Shown here in pieces: positions 1 to 8,122 of a DNA stretch of 64,000 nucleotides. Origin of the DNA: Geopsychrobacteraceae bacterium (GTDB taxonomy: Bacteria; Desulfobacterota; Desulfuromonadia; Desulfuromonadales; Geopsychrobacteraceae); contig DATFMC010000034.1 of the NCBI GenBank assembly GCA_035267105.1, positions 4,369 to 68,368 on the forward strand. Direction: 5' to 3'. How positions within the stretch are numbered: position 1 is the stretch's first letter; each line of letters starts with the position of its first letter. Position numbers and translations under genes: made by a program. The notes beneath the pieces are model-generated. The model worked only from the letters and a program-made list of their open reading frames with translations. It was not told the origin of the DNA and did not search any database.

Positions 1-1
1 C

Positions 2-487
2 GCCAATAAAATTCTGATTATCGAGGAGATCTCCCGACAGACCAACCTGCTGGCACTCAATGCCGCGATTGAAGCTGCGCGGGCAGGTGCGCATGGCAAG
101 GGCTTCGCCGTGGTTGCGGCCGAGGTGCGTAAATTGGCCGAGAGAAGCCAGTCGGCCGCTGCCGACATCAATAAACTCTCCAACAACAGCGTCCAGATCG
201 CAGAGAATACCGCCAGGTTGCTCGGGTCGCTGGTGCCGAACATTCAGCGCACCTCTGAGCTGGTGCAGGAGATCAGCGTATCGAGCAGGGAGCAGGATGC
301 CGGGACCGAGCAGATCAACACCAGCATTCAGCAACTTGATTCTGTCATCCAGCAGAATGCTTCTTCGGCTGAAGAGATGGCTTCGACCGCCGAAGAGTTA
401 CTGGGTCAATCCGAACAGCTCTCCGAGATGATGGCGTTCTTTATTATCAACGAAGAGGCCTGCATGCTCCCCAACCTGCAACCATGA
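2..487 (+). CDS. Methyl-accepting chemotaxis protein, C-terminal signalling domain (5' end outside the window)
   Basis: The frame starting at nt 2 reads ...[42 protein letters not shown]..., the conserved MCP hairpin-tip motif. It is continuous with ORF 110..487. Confidence 0.9.
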   Translation, partial: ANKILIIEEISRQTNLLALNAAIEAARAGAHGKGFAVVAAEVRKLAERSQSAAADINKLSNNSVQIAENTARLLGSLVPNIQRTSELVQEISVSSREQDAGTEQINTSIQQLDSVIQQNASSAEEMASTAEELLGQSEQLSEMMAFFIINEEACMLPNLQP

Positions 488-580
488 AACTGCTTGTAGC
501 TCACCCCTGACTGCTGATATAACTGACTGAATTTATTTGCTCAGCAAAAGGGATATGAGGTGAAATAGCAAAACACAACC

Positions 581-628
581 AGCCGAACCAGCATCAGATA
601 GCAGATGTCGGTCCGGCTGTTTTTCTTT
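581..628 (+). terminator. Probable intrinsic terminator after the MCP gene
   Basis: AGCCGAACC...GGTCCGGCT forms a 9-bp stem with one mismatch, followed by GTTTTTCTTTC. Confidence 0.55.
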
Positions 629-648
629 CAAAACCTGCCGGAGATCAC

Positions 649-1554
649 ATGAAAAGGATCATCACTTCACTAATATTGTTACTGTTGCTGATCTTTGCCG
701 CCCAGATCGGGATGGCAACAGAAGAGATTGCAATCGCCACCGGGCAGGACTGCGCTGACTGTCACCTTGATCCTTCCGGTGGCGGCGAACTGACCGCCGC
801 AGGTGCCGCCTACCTGATCGATGCGACCGCGGCCGGAGAGATAGAAACCCTCTCAACAGGCAGCAAGTTTTTTCGCCTTCTTGTCGGTTACCTGCATATC
901 GTCTTTGCCGTGCTCTGGTTCGGCACCATCCTCTATGTTCACATCGTGCTGAAGCCGGCCTACGCAGAAAAAGGGCTGCCACGCGGTGAGAAGTTTGTTG
1001 GCATCCTCTCGTTCTGGGTGGTCGGCATCACCGGCGTCATCCTGGCGAACTACCGTATTGGTACTTTTGAGACCCTTTGGAATACCCGGTTTGGCGTACT
1101 GCTGACCATCAAGGCTACACTCTACCTGACCATGCTGATCTCGGCGGTCCTGGTCATCAAGATCATCGGCCCGCGCCTGGCACGACGCGAACCAGTCAAA
1201 CATATCGCCGGACAGCCATTCAACGAGAAGACCCTGAAGGGGTTCAATGGCCAGGATGGTCGGCCCTGCTATTTCGCTTACCAGGGAAAAGTTTACGATG
1301 CCAGCTCCAGCAAGATGTGGCCCGGAGGTGAGCATATGCGTCGGCACAGTTCAGGCCGGGATTTGACCGACGACCTGCCGATGGCTCCGCATGATGAGTC
1401 TGTCATGCCACGCTTGCCGGTAGTTGGGGAGTATGTCACCGAAGGCGCGGAGGGGAAAAAACCAGCCACCACTGCGTTCTACATTATCGCCTATATGAAC
1501 CTGACAATTGTGTTTCTCATCCTGTTCATCATTGCTTTGTGGCGGTGGGGATAA
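649..1554 (+). CDS. Membrane protein combining an N-terminal haem c site, a CopD-like multi-TM core and a cytochrome b5-like haem/steroid-binding domain
   Basis: Signal peptide, then a single CADCH motif. Hydrophobic helices follow (LLVGYLHIVFAVLWFGTILYVHIVL etc.). The stretch FNGQDGRPCYFAYQGKVYDASSSKMWPGGEHMRRHSSGRDLT resembles the COG4892/cyt-b5-like fold. There is a terminal TM helix. Confidence 0.7.
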   Translation: MKRIITSLILLLLLIFAAQIGMATEEIAIATGQDCADCHLDPSGGGELTAAGAAYLIDATAAGEIETLSTGSKFFRLLVGYLHIVFAVLWFGTILYVHIVLKPAYAEKGLPRGEKFVGILSFWVVGITGVILANYRIGTFETLWNTRFGVLLTIKATLYLTMLISAVLVIKIIGPRLARREPVKHIAGQPFNEKTLKGFNGQDGRPCYFAYQGKVYDASSSKMWPGGEHMRRHSSGRDLTDDLPMAPHDESVMPRLPVVGEYVTEGAEGKKPATTAFYIIAYMNLTIVFLILFIIALWRWG

Positions 1555-1699
1555 AGGGGTCTCTAGGATTTACCGCAAAGATCGCAGAGCAATTCTGAGA
1601 CATGTCTGTTGACAATGAACAACTTCGATACCACCATGAAGCAAGCAACACCCCGTAGCGATAGCTGGCGAGTTTTTTTATCAATTTCAGGATCTGTCC

Positions 1700-2767
1700 G
1701 TGTTGAATAACGAATTCATAGATCTGCTTAAGGCGATGATCAGGCAACCGAGCGTCGTCGGCGCAGAGCATTCTTTTTTTCGGGTTTTACAGCGTGAACT
1801 GGAAGAGCGCGGCGCCGACGTGACCTGGTACGAGGGTTTGCTGGTCGCTAAGGGCAACAGCCCGAACAGCGCCATGTTTTCCGCGCACATCGACCGGCAC
1901 GGACTGATCTGCACCGGCCCCAATGAATTTCAGTACGCGGCCTTTATCGCCGCCAACAGAACCGATCTGTTGAATAACTCTGTCTCCGAAGAGTTAATGT
2001 CCAGGGTGACGGATCGGTTTCAGTCGGAACGCGTTTTTGCCTACGAACCCTGGTCGGGAACCTACCGGGGCAAGGGCGTCATCAAGAAGGCTCATGTCTG
2101 TGAATTCCGAAACAACCTGATTTTCGAGGTCGAAGGCCTCGATGCTGTCGTCGCCGGGACACCGATAGCGTTTGAAGATAAACTCAAGCGCTATAACGGC
2201 CGCATAGAAGGGCAGCTGGACAATGTACTGACCGCTGCCGTGCTGGTCCATCTCTTCAGTCTCGGTTTTCAGGGGACGGCATTTTTCACCGCCCAGGAAG
2301 AATCGGGGAAAAGTTGGCGTTATCTGCTGGAGTGGTTTCGCAGGTTCGGCGGGTCGACCAATCGCCTGATTGTTGTCGACACCAGTCCTTTTCCGAGCAT
2401 TGACGCGGCGAACAGCCAGCTTCTGGTACTGCGGGAAAAGGACGCCAATGCGTCCTTCAACAAAAAGGCGACCAGGCATATTGAAGACTTATGTCGAAAC
2501 CTGAACATCAGCTATCGGTACAAGGACCGATATGTCGAAGAGAACAATACTCGCCTGTTGGCTTCCGGAGAAAGAATCCGTTCCCTGGGCAGCACGGAAA
2601 TGGGCCGTATCATTGCTGCTTCAAACGGGCTGGTTGATGGGACAACCATCCAGATCCCGACTATCGGATATCACACCATGGAGGAATCCGCGTCGCGGGA
2701 GTCGGTGGATGCTTTTATCAGACTGCTAACCACGCTGGCGAACGAGAGTGCGCTCTACAACGAGTAG
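1700..2767 (+). CDS. M42/M20-like metallopeptidase family protein (GTG start)
   Basis: 355-aa ORF. HIDRHG, QEESG and YHT motifs are spaced like the metal and catalytic residues of M42-type aminopeptidases. The family call is from memory only. Confidence 0.5.
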   Translation: MLNNEFIDLLKAMIRQPSVVGAEHSFFRVLQRELEERGADVTWYEGLLVAKGNSPNSAMFSAHIDRHGLICTGPNEFQYAAFIAANRTDLLNNSVSEELMSRVTDRFQSERVFAYEPWSGTYRGKGVIKKAHVCEFRNNLIFEVEGLDAVVAGTPIAFEDKLKRYNGRIEGQLDNVLTAAVLVHLFSLGFQGTAFFTAQEESGKSWRYLLEWFRRFGGSTNRLIVVDTSPFPSIDAANSQLLVLREKDANASFNKKATRHIEDLCRNLNISYRYKDRYVEENNTRLLASGERIRSLGSTEMGRIIAASNGLVDGTTIQIPTIGYHTMEESASRESVDAFIRLLTTLANESALYNE

Positions 2768-2874
2768 ATACTCCAGTCGATGTCCTCGCTCATTACACCG
2801 CTGAAAGTCGATTTTCGCCAGGATCTGATAAACTGGTACCTCAAATAAGTAAGACCGAGGAGGAACCGGTTCAA

Positions 2875-3474
2875 ATGAATATGCGTATAAATCGCGATGA
2901 CAGAATCTTCATCCTCAAAATAGACCACAGCGACCGCATTATCTCTGTCAATGAGCACTGGTTGAACTTTGCCAGGGAGAATGATGCGGACGGGCTGATC
3001 AAGTCCTCGATATTGGGGCAATCGCTATGGAAGTTCATCTGCGACGATTCCACCATTCATCTCTATCAGACCATGCTCGCCAGGGCACGTGAGGAGAAGC
3101 TATCTTTCTCTATTCCCTTCCGCTGCGATTCTCCCGACTATCGACGTTTTATGGAAATGAAGATCACTCCATCCGGCAACGAAGCCATTTCTTTCGAAAG
3201 CTGGATCGTCAAACTGGAACCGCGAGAGCATGTTGGACTTTTTGAGGCGGGCCACGAGCGTTCAGATGAACTCATTCGCGTTTGCAGTTACTGCAAAAAG
3301 ATCTTTGCCGCTGAATCTGGCTGGCATGATGTCGAAGAGGCGATAACACTCCTCGATCTTTTTTCGGCGGAGAAGCTTCCGCAAATCACCCACACGATCT
3401 GCCCATCATGTTACCGGGAATGCATGAAAGCTCTGAATTCGGGAAAACCTTACCCGGAGGATGACATCAGCTGA
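2875..3474 (+). CDS. PAS-like sensor protein with a C-terminal CxxC...HxxCxxC module
   Basis: GAGGAGGA RBS 9 nt upstream. N-terminal PAS-like fold. C-terminus reads CSYCKKIFAAESGWHDVEEA...THTICPSCY. Confidence 0.7.
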   Translation: MNMRINRDDRIFILKIDHSDRIISVNEHWLNFARENDADGLIKSSILGQSLWKFICDDSTIHLYQTMLARAREEKLSFSIPFRCDSPDYRRFMEMKITPSGNEAISFESWIVKLEPREHVGLFEAGHERSDELIRVCSYCKKIFAAESGWHDVEEAITLLDLFSAEKLPQITHTICPSCYRECMKALNSGKPYPEDDIS

Positions 3475-3617
3475 TCGGCCAACCACTTACCGGCACCTTC
3501 AATTTTCATGCACAGCGTTGCCTTTATGTTATAAAACAAAGAAGCTCATGGCTTGAACCTTCCCGGCAGACAAGAGAGCAGCGATGAATCTTTATACAAT
3601 GACTGCAGGAGTAACAG

Positions 3618-4460
3618 ATGACTTGGCTGGATGAAGAGCGCCAGGGCTCCCCGCAAGAACGGGCACGCTGGCGGCGCGTTCTTCACGAGGTGATCTTTGA
3701 GGCCGACACCCCGGTGGGGAAGAGCTTTGATGTCTTGCTGATCGTCTGTATCCTGGCGAGCGTTGTGGCGGTCATGCTCGATAGCATTGGCGCAGTAAGG
3801 CTGCAGTTCGGCACCCTGCTCTACGGAATCGAGTGGTTCTTCACGGTTCTGTTCACCGTCGAATACCTGATGCGTCTTGCGTGTGTGGGGCGCCCGCTGA
3901 AGTATGCCACCAGTTTTTACGGGGTGGTCGATCTGCTGGCAATCATTCCAACCTATCTGAGCCTGATGCTGCCGGGGAGCCAGTATCTGCTGGTGATCCG
4001 GATTTTACGCATCCTGCGTATCTTCCGAATTCTCAAGCTGGTCACCTACCTCAGTGAAGCGCGGCTGCTAATGCAGGCCTTGCGCTCAAGCGGCCGCAAA
4101 ATATCGGTGTTTCTCTTCACGGTATTGACTCTGGTGGTCATCTTCGGTTCGCTGATGTACGTCATTGAGGGACCTGAAAATGGTTTCACCAGCATTCCGC
4201 GCAGTATCTACTGGGCCATCGTCACCCTGACCACGGTCGGTTACGGTCAAGTCGCACCGCAGACCCCGTTTGGTCAGTTTCTGGCTTCGATTGTGATGAT
4301 TATGGGTTACGGTATCATCGCCGTCCCGACCGGCATCGTCACGGTGGAGATGTCGCAGGCCTTCACGCGCAAGATATCGACCCAGTCCTGTCCGGAATGC
4401 AGCGCTGAGGGACACGATGTTGACGCCAGCCACTGCAAATTCTGCGGTTCGCTGCTGTAG
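3618..4460 (+). CDS. Voltage-gated (Kv-type) potassium channel with a C-terminal zinc ribbon
   Basis: S4-like LLVIRILRILRIFRILK arginine ladder. Pore signature TLTTVGYGQ. C-terminal CPEC...CKFC. Confidence 0.85.
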   Translation: MTWLDEERQGSPQERARWRRVLHEVIFEADTPVGKSFDVLLIVCILASVVAVMLDSIGAVRLQFGTLLYGIEWFFTVLFTVEYLMRLACVGRPLKYATSFYGVVDLLAIIPTYLSLMLPGSQYLLVIRILRILRIFRILKLVTYLSEARLLMQALRSSGRKISVFLFTVLTLVVIFGSLMYVIEGPENGFTSIPRSIYWAIVTLTTVGYGQVAPQTPFGQFLASIVMIMGYGIIAVPTGIVTVEMSQAFTRKISTQSCPECSAEGHDVDASHCKFCGSLL

Positions 4461-4475
4461 ACCCGGCCAAGGAAA

Positions 4476-4808
4476 ATGCTTATGAAAAAATGCCCCTTCT
4501 GTGCCGAAGAGATTCAAGCCGAAGCACTCAAGTGCAAACACTGTGATGAATTTATAGACGGGTCCGGTCACCCCCTGCCTGAGACTGAAAAACTTCCGTG
4601 GTATTTCGGGAAAGCCTTTCTTGTCTTCATGTTCTTTAGTGTCGGCCCTCTGGCATTACCACTGCTCTGGTGGCGCCCCCGCACGACTCTGGCCTGGAAG
4701 ATTGCTCTCTCCATTATCATTACTGTTCTCAGCTGGGTCTTTTATCAGGCGACGATGCAATCGTTACAAACCCTTGAAGAATACTATCAACTGCTCGAAC
4801 AACTCTGA
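4476..4808 (+). CDS. Zinc-ribbon domain membrane protein
   Basis: N-terminal CPFCAEEIQAEALKCKHC followed by two or three hydrophobic helices. It starts 15 nt after the channel gene. Confidence 0.6.
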   Translation: MLMKKCPFCAEEIQAEALKCKHCDEFIDGSGHPLPETEKLPWYFGKAFLVFMFFSVGPLALPLLWWRPRTTLAWKIALSIIITVLSWVFYQATMQSLQTLEEYYQLLEQL

Positions 4809-4837
4809 ATCGATTTATCGCTTGAGCATGGAGCATT

Positions 4838-5734
4838 ATGTCTAACTTTATTCTGATCGGTATTTTCGTCGGACTCGGTCTGCTGTTTCGCAGACTCAAA
4901 GAGTTTCCCAAGGATTCCGCACAGGTCCTGAACATGTTTGCCCTCTACGTTTCGCTGCCGGCGCTGATTTTGCTGAAAATCCCGCAACTGAAACTGGGCA
5001 GAGAAGCACTGGTCGCCGCTGTCACCCCCTGGGGCATGCTTTTGCTCTCTGTGGTGCTGATCCTGCTGGCAGCGCGATATTTCGGCTGGAATCGCTCAAT
5101 AACGGGGACACTGCTACTGATCGTGCCAATCGGGAACACCTCGTTCATGGGTGTGCCGATGGTCAATGCTTTTTTCGGCGCGCAAGGCATCCCCTACCTG
5201 ATCGTTTACGATCAGATCGGAACCATGCTGATCTTTGCCCTGTATGGATCGCTGATTCTCGCCATGTTCGGCCGAGAAGGGACATTGAACGTGGCCTCCA
5301 TAGCCCGCCGCGCCCTGACCTTTCCCCCAACCATCGCCGCGTTGGTCGGCATCGCATTGCGCTCCTGGCCCTATCCTGAAGTGGTCGTCTCAACCCTGCA
5401 CGGGATTTCCCAAAGTCTGACCCCGCTGGTCATGACCGCCATCGGCCTACAGTTACGCTGGAGATTGCAACCCAGCATTATCGTTCCTTTAAGCTGTGGC
5501 CTGCTGATCAAATTGCTTCTTGCGCCGATCGCGGCACTTGGGATCTTCAGGCTGCTGGGAATGCATGGCCTGCCGGTTGACATTACGATCTTCGAAGCCG
5601 GCATGCCGCCAATGGTAACGGCAGGTGCGCTGGCGGTGGTCGCCGGAATGGAGAGCGAACTTGCGGTCGCGCTGGTCGGAATTGGAATCATTTTTTCCTT
5701 TGCGACCCTGCCGATTGTTTATTACTTGCTGTGA
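4838..5734 (+). CDS. AEC (auxin efflux carrier) family transporter
   Basis: 298-aa polytopic membrane ORF with AEC-like N- and C-terminal repeats. Confidence 0.75.
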   Translation: MSNFILIGIFVGLGLLFRRLKEFPKDSAQVLNMFALYVSLPALILLKIPQLKLGREALVAAVTPWGMLLLSVVLILLAARYFGWNRSITGTLLLIVPIGNTSFMGVPMVNAFFGAQGIPYLIVYDQIGTMLIFALYGSLILAMFGREGTLNVASIARRALTFPPTIAALVGIALRSWPYPEVVVSTLHGISQSLTPLVMTAIGLQLRWRLQPSIIVPLSCGLLIKLLLAPIAALGIFRLLGMHGLPVDITIFEAGMPPMVTAGALAVVAGMESELAVALVGIGIIFSFATLPIVYYLL

Positions 5735-5822
5735 CACACCTCTATTCCCACTCGAAAAATCGACAGTTTATTCAGTAGATAACTCTTCGATGCTCACATA
5801 ATCTGACTAAGGGGACCGTCTC

Positions 5823-6770
5823 ATGCTGGCTGACCTTAACTTTGCTCTGCTGATCACCGCGCCGATTTTCTGTATTCTCGGTCTGGGGATCCTGTTCAAA
5901 CGGATCGGCTGGGTCACAGAGGAATTCGCCCGGCTCGGTTCCGAACTGGTATTCAAGGTCACCCTTCCATGTCTGTTGTTCGTCAAGCTGGCGCAGACCG
6001 ACTTCCGTCAAGGCTTGCCGATCAGCTTGATTGTTTACGCTTTAGTCGCCACAGTGCTTCTATTTCTGATCCTCGACCGGTTTATTGCCCCCCGTTTTTC
6101 CCATCCCCTGGATCGCGGTGTCTTCGTTCAAGGTGTTTATCGCAGCAACATGGGAATTATCGGGCTGGCGTTCTGCCTGAGTGCTTTCGGTGAGGGGGTG
6201 GTGACCATCGCTTCGATCTATCTGGCGGTCATGACGACCTTGTTTAACGTGCTGGCAGTGATCACCCTCTCCCGCCACCAGGAGCAGCCGGTCAACCGGA
6301 AAAACATCGGTCAGGTTCTCCTGGGGATTATCAAAAATCCCTTGATTCTGTCAATCTTCGCCGGGGTCATTATTTCACTGAGCGGCGTTCAAGTCTCGGA
6401 AATCCTGCTGAATACCGGCAGCTATTTTGCCCAGATGACCCTGCCGCTGGCCCTGCTCTGCGCCGGGGCGTCAATCCGGCTGCGTGAATTCCAGGCTTCA
6501 CCACCGCTTTACTGGGCGGTACTTGGAAAATTACTGGTGGTACCGCTGTTGATTTCGCTGGGTGGAATCCTTTACGGGCTGCGCGGAGAAAGTCTCGGGG
6601 TCTTGTACCTGATGTGTGCTGCCCCCACCGCTGCTGCCAGCTACCCGATGGCACAGGCAATGAAAGCCAACCATCATCTCGCCGCAGCAATCATTGCGGC
6701 CACATCGTTAGGTTCAATGATTTCAACCACCTTGGGAGTTTTCCTGCTCCGCAGCTTTGAATTTATCTGA
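5823..6770 (+). CDS. AEC family transporter (second paralogue)
   Basis: 315-aa polytopic membrane ORF. KNPLILSI and AAPTAAASY-type segments are typical of AEC permeases. Confidence 0.75.
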   Translation: MLADLNFALLITAPIFCILGLGILFKRIGWVTEEFARLGSELVFKVTLPCLLFVKLAQTDFRQGLPISLIVYALVATVLLFLILDRFIAPRFSHPLDRGVFVQGVYRSNMGIIGLAFCLSAFGEGVVTIASIYLAVMTTLFNVLAVITLSRHQEQPVNRKNIGQVLLGIIKNPLILSIFAGVIISLSGVQVSEILLNTGSYFAQMTLPLALLCAGASIRLREFQASPPLYWAVLGKLLVVPLLISLGGILYGLRGESLGVLYLMCAAPTAAASYPMAQAMKANHHLAAAIIAATSLGSMISTTLGVFLLRSFEFI

Positions 6771-6835
6771 TGCAGGAGAAGCGCAAATAAGATATTCTGA
6801 AAATCGTCATCATTTCTGATTCAAGGAGGAGATCC

Positions 6836-7057
6836 ATGAAGGTCACGATTGAATACTGCGTTCAGTGAGGGTCCTACAATAAAGCCGTCAGTCTGGCGGC
6901 GAGGGTGAAAAAGGAATTATCTGCGGAAGTCGAGCTGATCAAATCGAGCGGCGGAGCGTTTGAAGTTGTCGTTGACGGCAAGCTGGTCCATTCCAAAAAG
7001 CAGACCGGGAGGCCACCCGATGAAGCACAACTGATCGAGCAGCTCCGCGCACCTTAA
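6836..7057 (+). CDS. SelW/Rdx-family selenoprotein; in-frame UGA (6866..6868) read as selenocysteine
   Basis: AAGGAGGAG RBS 5 nt before the ATG. Translation is MKVTIEYCVQ-U-GSYNKAVSLAARVKKELSAEVELIKSSGGAFEVVVDGKLVHSKKQTGRPPDEAQLIEQLRAP. It has a CxxU redox motif in the Rdx position plus the G-FEV-VDG-LV-SK core. A hairpin lies 15 nt after the UGA. This gene is not in the ORF track. Confidence 0.8.
6884..6900 (+). promoter_or_regulatory. Candidate bacterial SECIS apical hairpin for the SelW-like gene
   Basis: GCCGUC-AGUCU-GGCGGC: a 6-bp stem (one G-U pair) with a GU-containing loop, 15 nt downstream of the UGA. Confidence 0.55.
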
Positions 7058-7088
7058 TACGCAATCTTTCCCGTAACTGGAAAGCAAG

Positions 7089-7536
7089 ATGAATATTGTT
7101 GCGGTATATGGTTGGCAAAAGGAAGAGGCCGAGGTCGCCGAGACAATAGGAATTCTGGTTTTTGAAGCGCGACAGAAGCTGGCCGATGGCGGTCCGGTTG
7201 CTCTCGCGACCTTCGCCGACCCAACTCGCGCCGAGACCCTGGCAAGCAGACTGTCCGGCTCCGGTGTTCCTGCCATTACGATCGATCCACGGTACTATGC
7301 AGCAAAAACCAACCACTCGTGGTGCGAGGCTTCGACCTGGGACCCAAGTCCCTGCAGGTTGAGTCAAGCAGCGGCAAATCCTGCGCCCTCATTACACATC
7401 AATCAAATTGCTGCTTGCAGCGACCTGCGATCCCAGCCAGACGCAAACCACCAGCGCGATATCGGAACGCAAGTTCAGCCTCGGCAAAACGGTGCTTGCT
7501 GGCGACGAGCCGATGACCAAAAAAAGAAACCCGTGA
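7089..7536 (+). pseudogene. Hypothetical gene disrupted by at least two frameshifts
   Basis: Protein-like sequence moves from frame 0 (MNIVAVYGWQKEEAEVAETIGILVFEARQKLADGGPVALATFADPTRAETLASRLSGSGVPAITIDPR) to frame +2 (LVVRGFDLGPKSLQVESSSGKSCAL) to frame +1 (IKLLLAATCDPSQTQTTSAISERKFSLGKTVLAGDEPMTKKRNP*). The frame-0 continuation is rich in W, C, Q and R and looks non-coding. Confidence 0.4.
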
Positions 7537-8122
7537 AGAGACTAAGGTAGGCTGAGTAGTCTTTTCCCGGCAGCATACTGGAAGAAATTCATCAGGCAGC
7601 AAAGGGCACCCTGACCATAAAATGGTGTCCACTAGTGCTGACCGACTTCAATACGTTCCATATTTATTACTTTTTTTGTCATACTTATATCAAATAGTTT
7701 AATCTCGATGTATAATCAAGACATAAGTGGAACTCATCGTTGTTATCAGATTTATTTCAATCCAGGCTTCAGGAGAGAAGGGCCAGACCTCATGGCTGAA
7801 ATACTTCACTTACGATGTCAACATTGCGGCGGCGCATTGAAAGAGAGACAGAGCGCTTATTGTCACCCTTGCAACCTCAATCTTTTCTACAGGGCTATGC
7901 CGATACTGCTAGGAATGATGTTGACCGGGGGTAAGAACCCGAGGCTTAACTCGGAGCCCGTTCCTGTCGATGCGAAAGGGAACAGCATACGCTTGGCGTA
8001 TGCACATTCTCGATACATTCTTGATTAATACAGCGGAGACTCTTCCCTGCGACCTGCCGGGTTCATGTTAGAATTAAATCGGACCGATCATCAGATTTAA
8101 TCATAGACCCGGACAGGTCGTT

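Noticed and set aside
7708-8028. 106-aa ORF in the AT-rich island.
   Set aside because: There is no convincing RBS for either candidate start and no recognisable family. It is mentioned only in a low-interest finding.
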